A stretch of 64,000 nucleotides of DNA from an uncultured Prevotellaceae bacterium (GTDB lineage: Bacteria; Bacteroidota; Bacteroidia; Bacteroidales; Bacteroidaceae), in NCBI GenBank assembly GCA_902786565.1, contig CADACW010000001.1, positions 55,151 through 119,150 of the forward strand, given 5' to 3'. The notes beneath the pieces are model-generated. The model ran no database searches. It saw only the letters and a list, made by a program, of their open reading frames with translations, and was not told the DNA's origin. The translations under genes and the position numbers were made by a program. Of this stretch, positions 18,960 to 29,210 are shown one piece after another. Every line of letters begins with the position of its first letter. Within the stretch, counting starts at the first letter, position 1.

Positions 18960-19658
18960 ATGATGAAAATGAAAGTTGTTATCCTGTCGCTCTGCGCAGG
19001 AATCGTGATGGCCGGCTGCAACAATCTGGCCAAGGGCACAGCTATCGGTGCCGGTGGTGGCGCAGTGCTGGGAGCAGTGATAGGCAAGATTGCCGGCAAC
19101 ACGGCCGTTGGCGCTGCCATCGGTACTGCTGTTGGTGCTGGAGCCGGTGCGCTCATTGGCAAGCACATGGACAAGGTGAAAGCTCAGGCCCAAGCCGTGC
19201 AGAACGCACAGGTGGAGGGCGTGACCGACGCCAACGGACTGGCTGCCGTCAAGCTGACCTTCGATTCGGGCATCCTCTTCGCATCGGGCAAGTCGACGCT
19301 GACCACCAGCTCAAAGGCTGCTCTGAGCCAATGTGCTGAACTGCTGAAGACCAACACCGACTGCGACGTGGCCATTCAGGGATATACCGACAACGACCCA
19401 TGGAAGAACTCCACCGCCGAGCAGAGCGCACAGAAGAACCTGAACCTCTCGCAGCAGAGGGCACAGGCCGTGACCAACCAGCTGCTCGCCCTGGGCGTTC
19501 CCGCCACACAGATACGTGCCACCACAGGCTTTGGCGAGGCCAACCCCGTGGCTGACAACTCGACGGTTGCCGGCAAGGCCCAGAACCGCCGCGTGGAAAT
19601 CTACATGTATGCCGGTCAGGCCATGATCAACGCTGCCGAGCAGGGCACACTGAAGTAG
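18960..19658 (+). CDS. OmpA-family lipoprotein with a glycine zipper
   Basis: Lipobox MAGC, GAVLGAVIG/GAAIGTAVG zipper, FDSGILF, GYTD, LSQQRAQAV and NRRVEI. Promoter TAACTTTG at 18911-18918. Confidence 0.92.
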   Translation: MMKMKVVILSLCAGIVMAGCNNLAKGTAIGAGGGAVLGAVIGKIAGNTAVGAAIGTAVGAGAGALIGKHMDKVKAQAQAVQNAQVEGVTDANGLAAVKLTFDSGILFASGKSTLTTSSKAALSQCAELLKTNTDCDVAIQGYTDNDPWKNSTAEQSAQKNLNLSQQRAQAVTNQLLALGVPATQIRATTGFGEANPVADNSTVAGKAQNRRVEIYMYAGQAMINAAEQGTLK

Positions 19659-19662
19659 GATT

Positions 19663-20340
19663 GTGTTGCGACGTTTCCTATTATTCATACGCTGGACGGT
19701 GGGGCTGTTTTTCGGCTCCACCGTCATAGCAGTTATCGTGCTGCGTTTCTTGCCTGTCTACTTCACACCGCTCATGTTCATCAGGCTCTTCCAGAACGAC
19801 GAGGTCAAACTGAGCCACACCTGGGTGCCTCTGGAGGAAATGTCGGCCAAGATGCCATTGGCCGTGATGGCCAGCGAGGATGCCAAGTTCCTGGAGCACC
19901 ACGGATTCGACTTCGGGGCCATACAGAGTGCGGCCAAGCGCAACCGCGAACATCCGGAGAAGAACAAGCTGGGGGCCTCGACCATCTCGCAGCAGACGGC
20001 AAAGAACGTCTTCCTGTGGCCAGGACGCTCATGGTTGAGGAAAGGACTGGAGACCTACTTCACCGTACTCATCGAACTGTTTTGGACCAAGGACCGCATC
20101 ATCGAGGTCTACCTCAACTCCATCGAGATGGGAACGGGCATCTATGGCGTGGAAGCCGTGGCCCACGAGCACTTCGACTGCAAGGCCAGCGAACTCACCG
20201 CCGAAAACTGTGCCCTGATAGCTGCCACACTGCCCAATCCGCGCAAGTTCAGCTCGAAGCATCCAAGCAAATACATGCTGAAGCGCCAAAGCCAAATACT
20301 GAAGAACATGCGCTACTTGGAAAAAAATATTAATTACTAA
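19663..20340 (+). CDS. mtgA: Monofunctional peptidoglycan transglycosylase
   Basis: GT51 motifs ASEDAKF, GASTISQQTAKN, RKGLE, IIEVYLN and GIYGVEA. Confidence 0.93.
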   Translation: MLRRFLLFIRWTVGLFFGSTVIAVIVLRFLPVYFTPLMFIRLFQNDEVKLSHTWVPLEEMSAKMPLAVMASEDAKFLEHHGFDFGAIQSAAKRNREHPEKNKLGASTISQQTAKNVFLWPGRSWLRKGLETYFTVLIELFWTKDRIIEVYLNSIEMGTGIYGVEAVAHEHFDCKASELTAENCALIAATLPNPRKFSSKHPSKYMLKRQSQILKNMRYLEKNINY

Positions 20341-20363
20341 TTGCGAATTGCAAATTGTGAATT

Positions 20364-21302
20364 ATGAATTTCGTCACCATCGCCAACCTCACCCGTGAAA
20401 AGATACTCTATATGATTGAGATGGCCCAAGAGTTTGAGCGCCATCCCAATCGCGAACTGCTCAAAGGCAAGGTCGTGGCCACGCTCTTCTTCGAGCCCTC
20501 CACCCGCACCCGACTCTCATTCGAGACCGCCGCCAACCGCCTCGGCGCACGCGTCATCGGATTTGCCGACCCGAAAATCACCAGCGGCACCAAAGGCGAA
20601 ACGCTGAAGGACACCATCATGATGGTGGCCAACTATGCCGACGTCATCGTGATGCGCCACTTCATCGAGGGTGCAGCACAGTATGCCGCCGAAGTGTCGC
20701 CAGTGCCCATCGTCAATGCCGGAGACGGCGCCCACCAGCACCCCTCGCAGTGCATGCTCGACCTCTACAGCATATACAAGACCCAGGGCACACTGGAAAA
20801 CCTGAATATATATATGGTGGGCGACCTGAAGTACGGACGCACCGTCCACTCGCTGCTGATGGCCATGCGCCACTTCAACCCCACGTTCCACTTCGTCGCA
20901 CCCAAAGAGCTGGCCATGCCCAACGAGTACAAGCTCTACTGCAAGGAGCACGGCATCAAGTACCAGGAGCACACCGCCTTCAACGAGAAGGTCATACAGG
21001 ACGCCGACATCGTCTATATGACACGTGTGCAGAAAGAGCGCTTCTCCGACCTGATGGAATACGAGCGCGTGAAGAATGTCTACATCCTCAACAACGACAT
21101 GCTGCGACTGTCGAAGCCCAACATGAAGATATTGCACCCGCTGCCACGCGTCAACGAAATCTCATACGAGGTGGACGACAACCCACACGCCTACTACATC
21201 CAGCAGGCCGCCAACGGACTCTTTGCCCGCGAGGCCATCTTCGCCGACGTACTCGGCATTACGCTCAACGAAGTCAAAGCCGACAAAACCATCATCCCAT
21301 GA
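20364..21302 (+). CDS. pyrB: Aspartate carbamoyltransferase catalytic subunit
   Basis: [33 protein letters not shown] and HPLPR. Confidence 0.97.
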   Translation: MNFVTIANLTREKILYMIEMAQEFERHPNRELLKGKVVATLFFEPSTRTRLSFETAANRLGARVIGFADPKITSGTKGETLKDTIMMVANYADVIVMRHFIEGAAQYAAEVSPVPIVNAGDGAHQHPSQCMLDLYSIYKTQGTLENLNIYMVGDLKYGRTVHSLLMAMRHFNPTFHFVAPKELAMPNEYKLYCKEHGIKYQEHTAFNEKVIQDADIVYMTRVQKERFSDLMEYERVKNVYILNNDMLRLSKPNMKILHPLPRVNEISYEVDDNPHAYYIQQAANGLFAREAIFADVLGITLNEVKADKTIIP

Positions 21303-21745
21303 ACAAGAAAGAACGACTCGTTGCCGCCATCGAGCACGGCACAGTGATAGACCATATACCCGCCGCCAAAACCTATCAGGTGGCACAGCTGCTGGGACTC
21401 TTCGACCTGAAGACACCTGTCACCATCGGCATCAACTACCCCTCAATGAAGGTGGGAAACAAAGGCATCATCAAGGTCTCGGACAAGTTCTTCACCGACG
21501 ACGAAATATCGCGGCTGTCGGTGGTGGCGCCAAACGTCATCCTCAACATCATACGCGACTACGAAGTGGTGGAGAAGAAAACCGTAGAGACACCTGCCGA
21601 AATAAAAGGCATAGTGAAGTGCAACAACCCCAAGTGCATCACCAACAACGAACCGATGCAGACCCTCTTCCACGTTAACGGCAGCACACTCACCTGCCAC
21701 TACTGCGAGCGCGAGCAAGACATCAGCAAAGTAGAACTGGTGTGA
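21299..21745 (+). CDS. pyrI: Aspartate carbamoyltransferase regulatory subunit
   Basis: ATG overlaps the pyrB stop (ATGA). [14 protein letters not shown] and Zn ligands CNNPKCIT...CHYCE. Confidence 0.95.
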   Translation: MNKKERLVAAIEHGTVIDHIPAAKTYQVAQLLGLFDLKTPVTIGINYPSMKVGNKGIIKVSDKFFTDDEISRLSVVAPNVILNIIRDYEVVEKKTVETPAEIKGIVKCNNPKCITNNEPMQTLFHVNGSTLTCHYCEREQDISKVELV

Positions 21746-21773
21746 CCTCTTGACAGCATAAACCGCAACTGTT

Positions 21774-23321
21774 ATGCTCGTAAAATCATATTGCGCAGCC
21801 GTCAATGGACTGGAAGTGACCACAGTGACCGTGGAGGTCAGCATATCCCACGGCACATACTTCCACCTGACGGGACTGGCAGACACCGCCGTCAAGGAGA
21901 GCTACGACCGCATCAAGGCTGCACTGGCCAACACCGGCAACACCATACCTGTGGTCGACATCACCGTCAACCTCTCGCCTGCCGACATCAAGAAAGAAGG
22001 CTCCGGCTACGACCTGCCCATCGCCATCGCCCTACTTGCCGCTTGCGACAAGATGGATTGCAGTGCACTCGACAAGTATATGCTGGTGGGAGAGTTGAGC
22101 CTCGACGGTCAGCTTCAGCCCATACGTGGCGCCCTGCCCATCGCCATCCGTGCCCGGAAGGAGAAGTTCAAGGGGCTGATCGTGCCGCAGCAGAACATAC
22201 GCGAAGCCGCCGTCGTCAACCAGCTGGAGGTGTATGGCATGGAGTCTATCGTCGACGTCATCAGGTTTCTCAACGGCGACACCAGCTATCAGCCCACACA
22301 CATTGACACCCGCAAGGAGTTCTACGAGCAGCAGAACCAGTTTGAGTCCGACTTCTCCGACGTCCGTGGCCAGGAGAGCGTCAAGCGGGCACTGGAAGTG
22401 GCTGCCGCCGGAGGCCACAACCTCATCATGATTGGCCCGCCGGGGAGCGGCAAGTCCATGCTGGCCAAGCGGCTGCCCTCCATCCTGCCGCCCCTCTCGC
22501 TGGCCGAAAGCCTTGAGACCACCCAGATACACAGCGTGGCCGGCAAACTGGACCGCGACACCAGCCTCATCAGCCAGCGCCCCTTCCGCGCACCCCATCA
22601 CACCATCTCGCAAGTAGCACTCGTCGGCGGCGGCACCAATCCCCAGCCCGGCGAAATCAGCCTTGCCCACAATGGCGTGCTTTTTCTTGACGAGATGCCA
22701 GAGCTGAGTCGCTCTGTACTCGAAGTGCTTCGCCAACCTCTTGAAGACCGCAAAATCTGCATCAGCCGTGCCAAATACAACGTCGAATATCCCTGTTCCT
22801 TCATGCTGGTGGCCTCGATGAACCCCTGTCCCTGCGGCTACTATGGCGACCCCACACACCACTGCGTCTGTACCCCCGGCCAAATCCAGCGCTACATGAA
22901 CAAGATCAGCGGCCCCCTACTCGACCGCATCGACATCCACTGCGAGATACAGGCTGTGCCATTTGCCGATTTAAGCAAGATGCAGCCGGGAGAGCCAAGT
23001 GCTGTAATACGTGAAAGGGTTATAAAAGCAAGACAGATACAGGAAGCCCGCTTCAAGGACTTCAAGGGCATCCACTGCAACGCCCAGATGACAGAAAGGA
23101 TGCTCCATCAATTTGCTGAACCTGACGAAGCATCAATGGACATGTTACGCATGGCTATGGAGCGATTAAAGTTAAGTGCCCGCGCCTACAGCCGCATCCT
23201 CAAGGTGGCCCGCACCATTGCCGACCTCGCCGGCAGCGAGAAGGTCGAGACGATGCACATCGCCGAGGCCATCGGCTACCGCAACCTCGACCGCGGCGAC
23301 TGGGCAGAGAGAGGGATATAA
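21774..23321 (+). CDS. comM: YifB/ComM Mg-chelatase-like AAA+ ATPase
   Basis: VNLSPADIKKEGSGYDLPIA, Walker A GPPGSGKS, FRAPHHT, LAHNGVLFLDE, ISGPLLDRIDI and LSARAYSRILKVARTIADL. Confidence 0.93.
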   Translation: MLVKSYCAAVNGLEVTTVTVEVSISHGTYFHLTGLADTAVKESYDRIKAALANTGNTIPVVDITVNLSPADIKKEGSGYDLPIAIALLAACDKMDCSALDKYMLVGELSLDGQLQPIRGALPIAIRARKEKFKGLIVPQQNIREAAVVNQLEVYGMESIVDVIRFLNGDTSYQPTHIDTRKEFYEQQNQFESDFSDVRGQESVKRALEVAAAGGHNLIMIGPPGSGKSMLAKRLPSILPPLSLAESLETTQIHSVAGKLDRDTSLISQRPFRAPHHTISQVALVGGGTNPQPGEISLAHNGVLFLDEMPELSRSVLEVLRQPLEDRKICISRAKYNVEYPCSFMLVASMNPCPCGYYGDPTHHCVCTPGQIQRYMNKISGPLLDRIDIHCEIQAVPFADLSKMQPGEPSAVIRERVIKARQIQEARFKDFKGIHCNAQMTERMLHQFAEPDEASMDMLRMAMERLKLSARAYSRILKVARTIADLAGSEKVETMHIAEAIGYRNLDRGDWAERGI

Positions 23322-23352
23322 AGGAAAAGTAAATAATCAATAACTTATAACT

Positions 23353-23493
23353 GTGTCAAAACTTAATATCGACCAGAAATCTATCAAAGATCTATTTAGT
23401 GACAACAAGGCAGATTTTCTTATTCCTGACTATCAACGTCCTTACGCATGGCAGGAAAAAGAAGCTTATAAATTGGTATGGCAAACGAGATAG
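23353..23493 (+). pseudogene. N-terminal stub of a DUF262 (GmrSD-type) protein
   Basis: Translated by hand; it is below the ORF-track cutoff. GTG-SKLNIDQKSIKDLFSDNKADFLIPDYQRPYAWQEKEAYKLVWQTR*. IPDYQRPYAW is the DUF262 first motif. Confidence 0.75.
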
Positions 23494-24376
23494 AGAAAAG
23501 AAATGAGGCTTTCCTGATTTATCAGGACGACAACGGCATAGCACGGGTCAATGTGCGGTTCGAGGGAGAGGATGTGTGGCTGACAGCGGAACAACTGATG
23601 GAGCTATTCGACGCATCGCAGCAGGATGTGAGCTATCACATCAAGCAGATATACGCAGAGGGGGAACAGGACCCAGAACGAACTCACAAAAAATTTTTGT
23701 TAGTTCGACAGGAGGGAAACAGGAGTGTACGCAGACAGATGAGCCACTATAATCTGGACATGATTATCGCCGTGGGCTATCGTGTGAAGTCACAGGTAGC
23801 AACACGTTTCCGCCAATGGGCTCGAAGAGAAAAATCGGAAATTCCGATTTTTCTACGAAACCAACAAACTTATATAACCTCGACGTGATTATCTCTGTCG
23901 GCTATCGGGTGAAGTCTATTCAAGGTACCCGTTTCCGCCAATGGGCGACAGAACGGCTGCATGAGTATATCGTGAAAGGCTTTGCACTCGACGATGAACG
24001 ATTGAAGAACTTGGGCGGTGGCAGCTACTGGAAGGAACTGCTTGACCGCATTCGCGATATCCGTTCCTCTGAAAAGGTACTTTATCGTCAGGTGCTTGAC
24101 CTCTATGCCACCGCCGTTGATTACGATCCTCGCTCTGACACCTCAAAGCTATTCTTTAAGATTGTACAGAAATCATCTACACCAGAGCAGACGCGGAGAT
24201 GCCACACATGGGTTTGACCTCATGGAAGAATGCCCCTGATGGAAGCGTTCAGAAATCTGACACAATAATAGAATTCCGTATAGCACAAGACCGTGAATAT
24301 CTTTCTGACTTTTGACCAGGCAATCAAAAAGTGGCGTGAGAACGGACTATTCGATGACAAAAGCCAATTGTCATGA
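23478..24376 (+). pseudogene. Mosaic, fragmented RhuM-family (virulence RhuM) gene
   Basis: Fragments in different frames: VWLTAEQLMELF...YNLDMIIAVGYRVKS...FRQWA; YNLDVIISVGYRVKS...YWKELLDRIRDIRSSEK...FFKIVQ; IIYTRADAEMPHMGLTSWKNAPDG; RIAQDREYLSDF. They are separated by frameshifts and apparent deletions. Confidence 0.85.
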
Positions 24377-24539
24377 CAGGAATTAACAAACGAAAAGCGG
24401 ACCCTATAATCGCCAGCAGCAGATGGCAATAGATTTCGGCCTCACGGCAGAAGATAATTTTAAGACTATTTTAGATTCTTTCAACATTTGTCATAAGCAC
24501 CTTTGACCCCCATAAACGGGAAGCATAGTCAACCCTACG

Positions 24540-24617
24540 TTTACCCCCCCTTAGAGATAAGTGCCACTTATCTCGGAGATAAAAGGCACTTATCTCGGAG
24601 ATAAAAGGCACTTATCT
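24540..24617 (+). repeat. Left 78-bp inverted repeat (three 22-bp-period palindromic units)
   Basis: TTTACCCCCCCTTA, then GAGATAAGTGCCACTTATCTC-G-GAGATAAAAGGCACTTATCTC-G-GAGATAAAAGGCACTTATCT. This is the exact reverse complement of 55853-55930. Confidence 0.95.
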
Positions 24618-24635
24618 CTGAGACCCCTTTTAGGG

Positions 24636-24660
24636 GGGTGCCGCCGGCACCCTTTGTTTG
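24636..24660 (+). terminator. Possible intrinsic terminator
   Basis: GGGTGCC-GCC-GGCACCC followed by TTTGTTTG. Confidence 0.45.
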
Positions 24661-24739
24661 GCTGGGTTTGGACGCCATTATTCCGAAAAGCGGAATATAA
24701 AAAAAATGTGAAAAGTTTGGCTGTGTTCAAAAATAATAT

Positions 24740-24747
24740 TACCTTTG
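24740..24747 (+). promoter_or_regulatory. Sigma-A promoter for the T9SS cargo gene
   Basis: TACCTTTG with TTTG at 24716-24719 (-33 element). Confidence 0.75.
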
Positions 24748-24800
24748 TACGCTATAGAAATATATAACCTCTTTTATTTTACTAACTAAATTTTTTTATT

Positions 24801-27800
24801 ATGAGAAAACTTAAACTATTATGGCTGCCCTTGCCCTAACGGGGTGGGGTAACTTTGTGCTTGCGCAAACAGACGTGACAAGCACGTACATCACGAATGC
24901 CGGGTTTGACACTGAAAGCGATTTCCAGACAGGAAATGTTGCAACTGGCGATAGTAACCAACGTAAGGCAGTTACGAGTTGGAGCAATACTGGTGGTAAC
25001 ACCTATTCTACTGGTGCTGCTATTGGTTTCGGTACATCAGGACAGATTAATGGTGCCAATCTACCCAGTAACAATGCAGATGGTGCAACTACTGGCGGTG
25101 CTCTGTGTCTCAATGCAGCATGGAAGTCTCAAGTATGGTACTCACAAAACGTAACTTTTCCTGCAGGTAACTATGCCATGAAGTTTATGGTGAACAATGT
25201 AGGAAAGAACGAACAATTTGAAAAAGACCCAGTTATGTTCTCGTTCACGACAACAACTGGAGCAAGTTTTTCTGGTAACGTTCACTCTTATCCTGTCAAT
25301 ACTTGGACAGAACAGACTATTAACTTCGCCCTGGCTACCGAAACAGAAGGTACAATTAAAATTGGTTATAAGTCTACCAACACGGGGTCGGGCAACACTC
25401 CGAAACTTGTGGTTGACTATGTAAAGGCTTTTTACAACTCAAACTATAAGGAAACCCTCCAGTCGACCATCGACCGTGCTACAATTCTTAACGCACGTGC
25501 CTCTGACAGCGACCTTGCTGCTGCCATTACCACGGCTCAGGGTGTTCTCGATGGAGCTGATAACACCGTAGCTTATCAGGCAAACATTGATGAAGCAGTA
25601 ACAACGTTGCGTGCAGCTATCAGCACCGCACAGGCCAAAGTCGTCCTGCTCGAAGGAGAAAATATCACGTTCATATTAGAGAATGCTGACTTCGAGAGCA
25701 GCACACCCGTTACTGTTGGCATCACCACATACGACTACGATGCAGCCACGAACGGTACATCCTTCAGCCGTATGCAGATAGTTGAAGGCTGGACGATTGC
25801 TGAGAATGGCAATGGCAGGTCTGCCGGTATATTCAAGTTTGGAGAGAATTCTTTCTTGGGTAGTGTGGGCACACAATATCAAGCTCCCGCATCTGGCTCT
25901 GCTAGCGGAGAGGAAAAGGCTCTTGGTATCGTAGCAGTATGGCAAGCTTCGGCACAATATAAGCAGAACGTCACTCTGCCTGCAGGCAGCTATATTATCG
26001 AAGTGCCTGTTTACAACACCGCTGGTACCGCAGCATTTAAAAAGAACTTGATAGGCTTTGTGGAGAATGGCGGAACCGAGCATCTGGCTTCTGCCAAAAC
26101 ATACGCTACAGGCAGCTGGATAACAGAAAAAGTTATTTTTGAGCTCGAAAACGAGACATCGGGCTACATGTCTCTGGGTTATACTTCTGATAACAAAGGT
26201 TCTGGAGACATGCCCCACCTGTTTATTGACAACGTGAAGGTGACTTACACCTCGCCTATAGCAGCAGCATATCAGAAGTATCAAGTTGCCTTGGCAGCAG
26301 CTCAGGCAGCCATTGCCAATACTGACTACGACAATGTTACTGGCGATGAGCGCACCGCTCTGCAGAATGCCATTGATGCAACACCTGAGACCACAAAGGA
26401 GGGCTATAACAATGCCGCTGATGCTCTCGACGCAGCTCGTGAGACCTTTACAAACGCCAAGAGTGCATACGATGCCTTTGTTGCTGCAAAAGCAACTACC
26501 GTTCCCGACCTGGCCTATGCAGCAACCGCTAAGAAGACTGCTCTTGAAGAGGCCATTGCAGCTACTGCCACCACTGCAGCTGATGCTAACACGAAGGCTG
26601 CTGCCATCACTACCGACCTTCGCGCCTACTACGAGAGCCACGCTTTGGCTGAGGGTGTTGCTGGTGCTGTAAACATGACCGATAAAATTGTCAATGCCAA
26701 CGATCCTAAGGACAATGAAGGATGGACATGGACAGGCAACAAGAATAATCCTGCCAGCAATGAGTCTTGGACTGATGCCAACGGTACTAACGACCATTCT
26801 TACTTCGACGGTGGCAACTGGAACGGTACTTCATGGACAACGACCATGGAGCAGACTATTGAACTTCCCGCAGGTAAGTACCTGCTCACCGCCAAAGGAC
26901 GAGCCATGACCAGCACCACGCTTACGCTTTCAGTTGGCGAAGTAAATGTAGCTCTGCCCCATATCGGAAGTACCGGCAACGTGTTCGACCGTGGATGGGG
27001 TGACGCTTCTCTTGAATTTACCACCGATGGAACTGCTGCTACTATAAAGGTAACTGCTACTGCTGAACCTACTCATGAGTGGTTCTCTGTTTGTGACTTC
27101 CGTCTCGTACAGTTGGAGTTCAACAGCGATGCATACGCTTCTTCGGCAACTGACTATGCCGACATGAACACAGCCATCACCAACGCCGAGTCAAAAACGC
27201 TCGGTTTCGAGGCAGGTGAATATGCCCCATACCTGAACGTTGAAGCCCTGAAGGCTCTGGCCGAGGCCAAGAAAATAGACCAAGATGCCCAAAACACCAA
27301 TCTTAAAACAACCATCGCCTCGCTTGTTGAGGCCATTAAGACCTTGACAGCAAACACCGCAGAGGTTAATGCTGTAAATACTGCACTCTTTACCTCTGGC
27401 GATGTCACTGGCACCGGCTGGACGCAAACCCAGACTTGGGGCCAAGTCAAGGAAGATGTGTACTCTACCAGCAACGGCACCTTCACCTACGGTGAGGTTG
27501 CAGGCTTTGAAATGCCTCTGAAAGCCAATACAGTTTACAAGCTTACATTCAATCACAGAGCATGGGATGGAAGCAACGCTGAGAACGGCGGTACAGTGTC
27601 TGTGCTTTGTGGAGAGGACGGCCTTGCCGCAACATCTTTCACTGGCCAAGGAACAAATACTACACCTAAGACCGAGACCTTCTACTTCAAGACCGGTGCT
27701 GCTGGTAACTATGTGTTCACGCTCAATGCTCCGAAAGGTCGCCCCACCTTCGGCGGTGTGACCATCCTCAAGGCCGTGGCTGAAGACATCACTATTTCTG

Positions 27801-28405
27801 AGAACGCTACAGCTGCTCCCGCCGAGAATTACGCCAACGTGACGCTGACCCGCACGCTGAAGGCTGACATTTGGAACACATTCTCGGTTCCCTTCGACGC
27901 CGCTATTCCTACTGGATGGACGGTGAAGGAGTTCAACAGTGCAACTGACAATACGCTGAACTTCAAAGATGCATCCGAGATCAAGGCTGGCGTTCCCTAT
28001 CTGGTGAAGACTACAGCTAACGTAGCTAACCCCATCTTCAATGGTGTGATTGTGAAGGCTACCGAGGGTGAGACCATGGGCACGGGTGACTACAAGTTTG
28101 CTGCCCAGATCTTCAACAAGTCTCTGGCTACCGACGGCACCGTGGCTTATCTGGCTACCGACGGCACTATTAAAAAGCTCGCTTCTGGTGGTAGCATCAA
28201 GGGTCTGCGTGCTTACTTCATCGTTCCCGCAACTGCTGCACCTGCCCGTATCGTCTTCATCGACGGCGGCAGCACCACAGGCATTGAGAGCGTGGCAAGC
28301 GAAAACCAAAAGGCCGAGAACGGTGTCTACGACCTGCAGGGCCGCAGCGTGAAGGCCATGAAGAAGGGCCTGTACATCGTCAATGGCAAGAAAGTCGTGA
28401 AGTAA
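24801..28405 (+). CDS. Large secreted multi-module protein with a T9SS-type CTD; apparent -1 frameshift in the signal peptide
   Basis: Three repeated beta-sandwich modules (YITNAGFD, ILENADFE, KIVNAN; ...LPAGxY...) separated by Ala-rich helical spacers. Tail TTGIESV...YDLQGRSV...KKGLYIVNGKKVVK. The ATG at 24801 (MRKLKLL) is out of frame with the long ORF starting at 24821. Confidence 0.8.
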
Positions 28406-28433
28406 TAACCCATTTAAAATCAAATATAGAATT

Positions 28434-28631
28434 ATGAAAAAGATGCAATATCTTCAGCCACAAACCGAAGTGGTACTGATAAAGACAAACACCCATCTGC
28501 TTGATGCCTCACCCAATACAATTAAGGGTGATGCTGAGAACACAATTCTTGACACAGAGAAAATGGAAGAAGGCAATGGTGGCGATGCAGCCTCACGCCA
28601 CTCTCTCTGGGATGACGAAGAAGACTTCTAA
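28434..28631 (+). CDS. 65-aa peptide with an MKKxxYxxP leader-like N-terminus
   Basis: MKKMQYLQPQTEVV...LLDAS...SRHSLWDDEEDF, 28 bp after the T9SS cargo gene and preceded by an A-rich initiation region. Confidence 0.7.
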   Translation: MKKMQYLQPQTEVVLIKTNTHLLDASPNTIKGDAENTILDTEKMEEGNGGDAASRHSLWDDEEDF

Positions 28632-28673
28632 TCAGGCAGCTACATAGAGCTATCAGCCGTGTGCTGACAAACA

Positions 28674-28722
28674 ACTTTCAGGGCGCAGCTCCGTTGGTGG
28701 AGTCTGCGCCCTGAGTGTATGC
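28674..28722 (+). repeat. 49-bp direct repeat, copy 1 (bulged hairpin)
   Basis: ACTTTCAGGGCGCAGCTCCGTTGGTGGAGTCTGCGCCCTGAGTGTATGC, identical to 29211-29259. Confidence 0.95.
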
Positions 28723-28766
28723 ATAACTTTCCCGCCCTAAAATTTGGCGGTTCGGGAAATAGTTCG

Positions 28767-28774
28767 TATCTTTG
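28767..28774 (+). promoter_or_regulatory. Sigma-A promoter inside the repeat-bounded cassette
   Basis: TATCTTTG with TTTG at 28743-28746; ATG at 28798. Confidence 0.75.
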
Positions 28775-28797
28775 CAAGCGAATAAACTGTTTTTGCT

Positions 28798-28947
28798 ATG
28801 AAGGAAAAGATTTTTGAGGAAATGAATTCCTATCTTGACTCTGCAACTTCTGAGCAGTTGCTGGAAGACTTTGAGGAGATGAAGGCCCTTAAGGACGGGC
28901 CGATTGCTTCTGAATACACGGATGACGCTTGTCGTTTCGTGATGTAA
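28798..28947 (+). CDS. 49-aa acidic protein (not in the ORF track)
   Basis: Translated by hand: MKEKIFEEMNSYLDSATSEQLLEDFEEMKALKDGPIASEYTDDACRFVM*. It sits directly behind a consensus promoter. Confidence 0.6.
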   Translation: MKEKIFEEMNSYLDSATSEQLLEDFEEMKALKDGPIASEYTDDACRFVM

Positions 28948-28952
28948 CCAAG

Positions 28953-29198
28953 ATGCTTCAAGAAAAATTCAACTATCCGCAACTGACAGTATCTGCCGTT
29001 CTCAATGAAATGCGGAAACGCACAAGTTTTTCCAATACGGTAATCCGTGCTCGGTCTGAGCATTGGATACCAGGAAGTATGCATCTTCGGTTTGTCGATT
29101 ATGACAGGAGTTTTATGGTAATGCTGCCAGCAGTTCAGGTCTGTATTACTGACAGGAGTGTTATTAAAGAGTATAAGAAAATTTTTACCCAGCCTTAA
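28953..29198 (+). CDS. 81-aa hypothetical protein
   Basis: ATG 5 bp after the upstream stop: MLQEKFNYPQLTVSAVLNEMRKRTSF...IKEYKKIFTQP*. It ends 12 bp before repeat copy 2. Confidence 0.5.
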   Translation: MLQEKFNYPQLTVSAVLNEMRKRTSFSNTVIRARSEHWIPGSMHLRFVDYDRSFMVMLPAVQVCITDRSVIKEYKKIFTQP

Positions 29199-29210
29199 AC
29201 TTCTCCATAT

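Noticed and set aside
24374-24530. Possible further gene fragment (PYNRQQQMAIDFGLTAEDNFKTILDSF...)
   Set aside because: Too short, and no motif could be recognised.
24554-24618. Mini-CRISPR or iteron origin
   Set aside because: Units are separated by a single base, so there are no spacers, and no rep gene is nearby. Kept only as a palindrome array.
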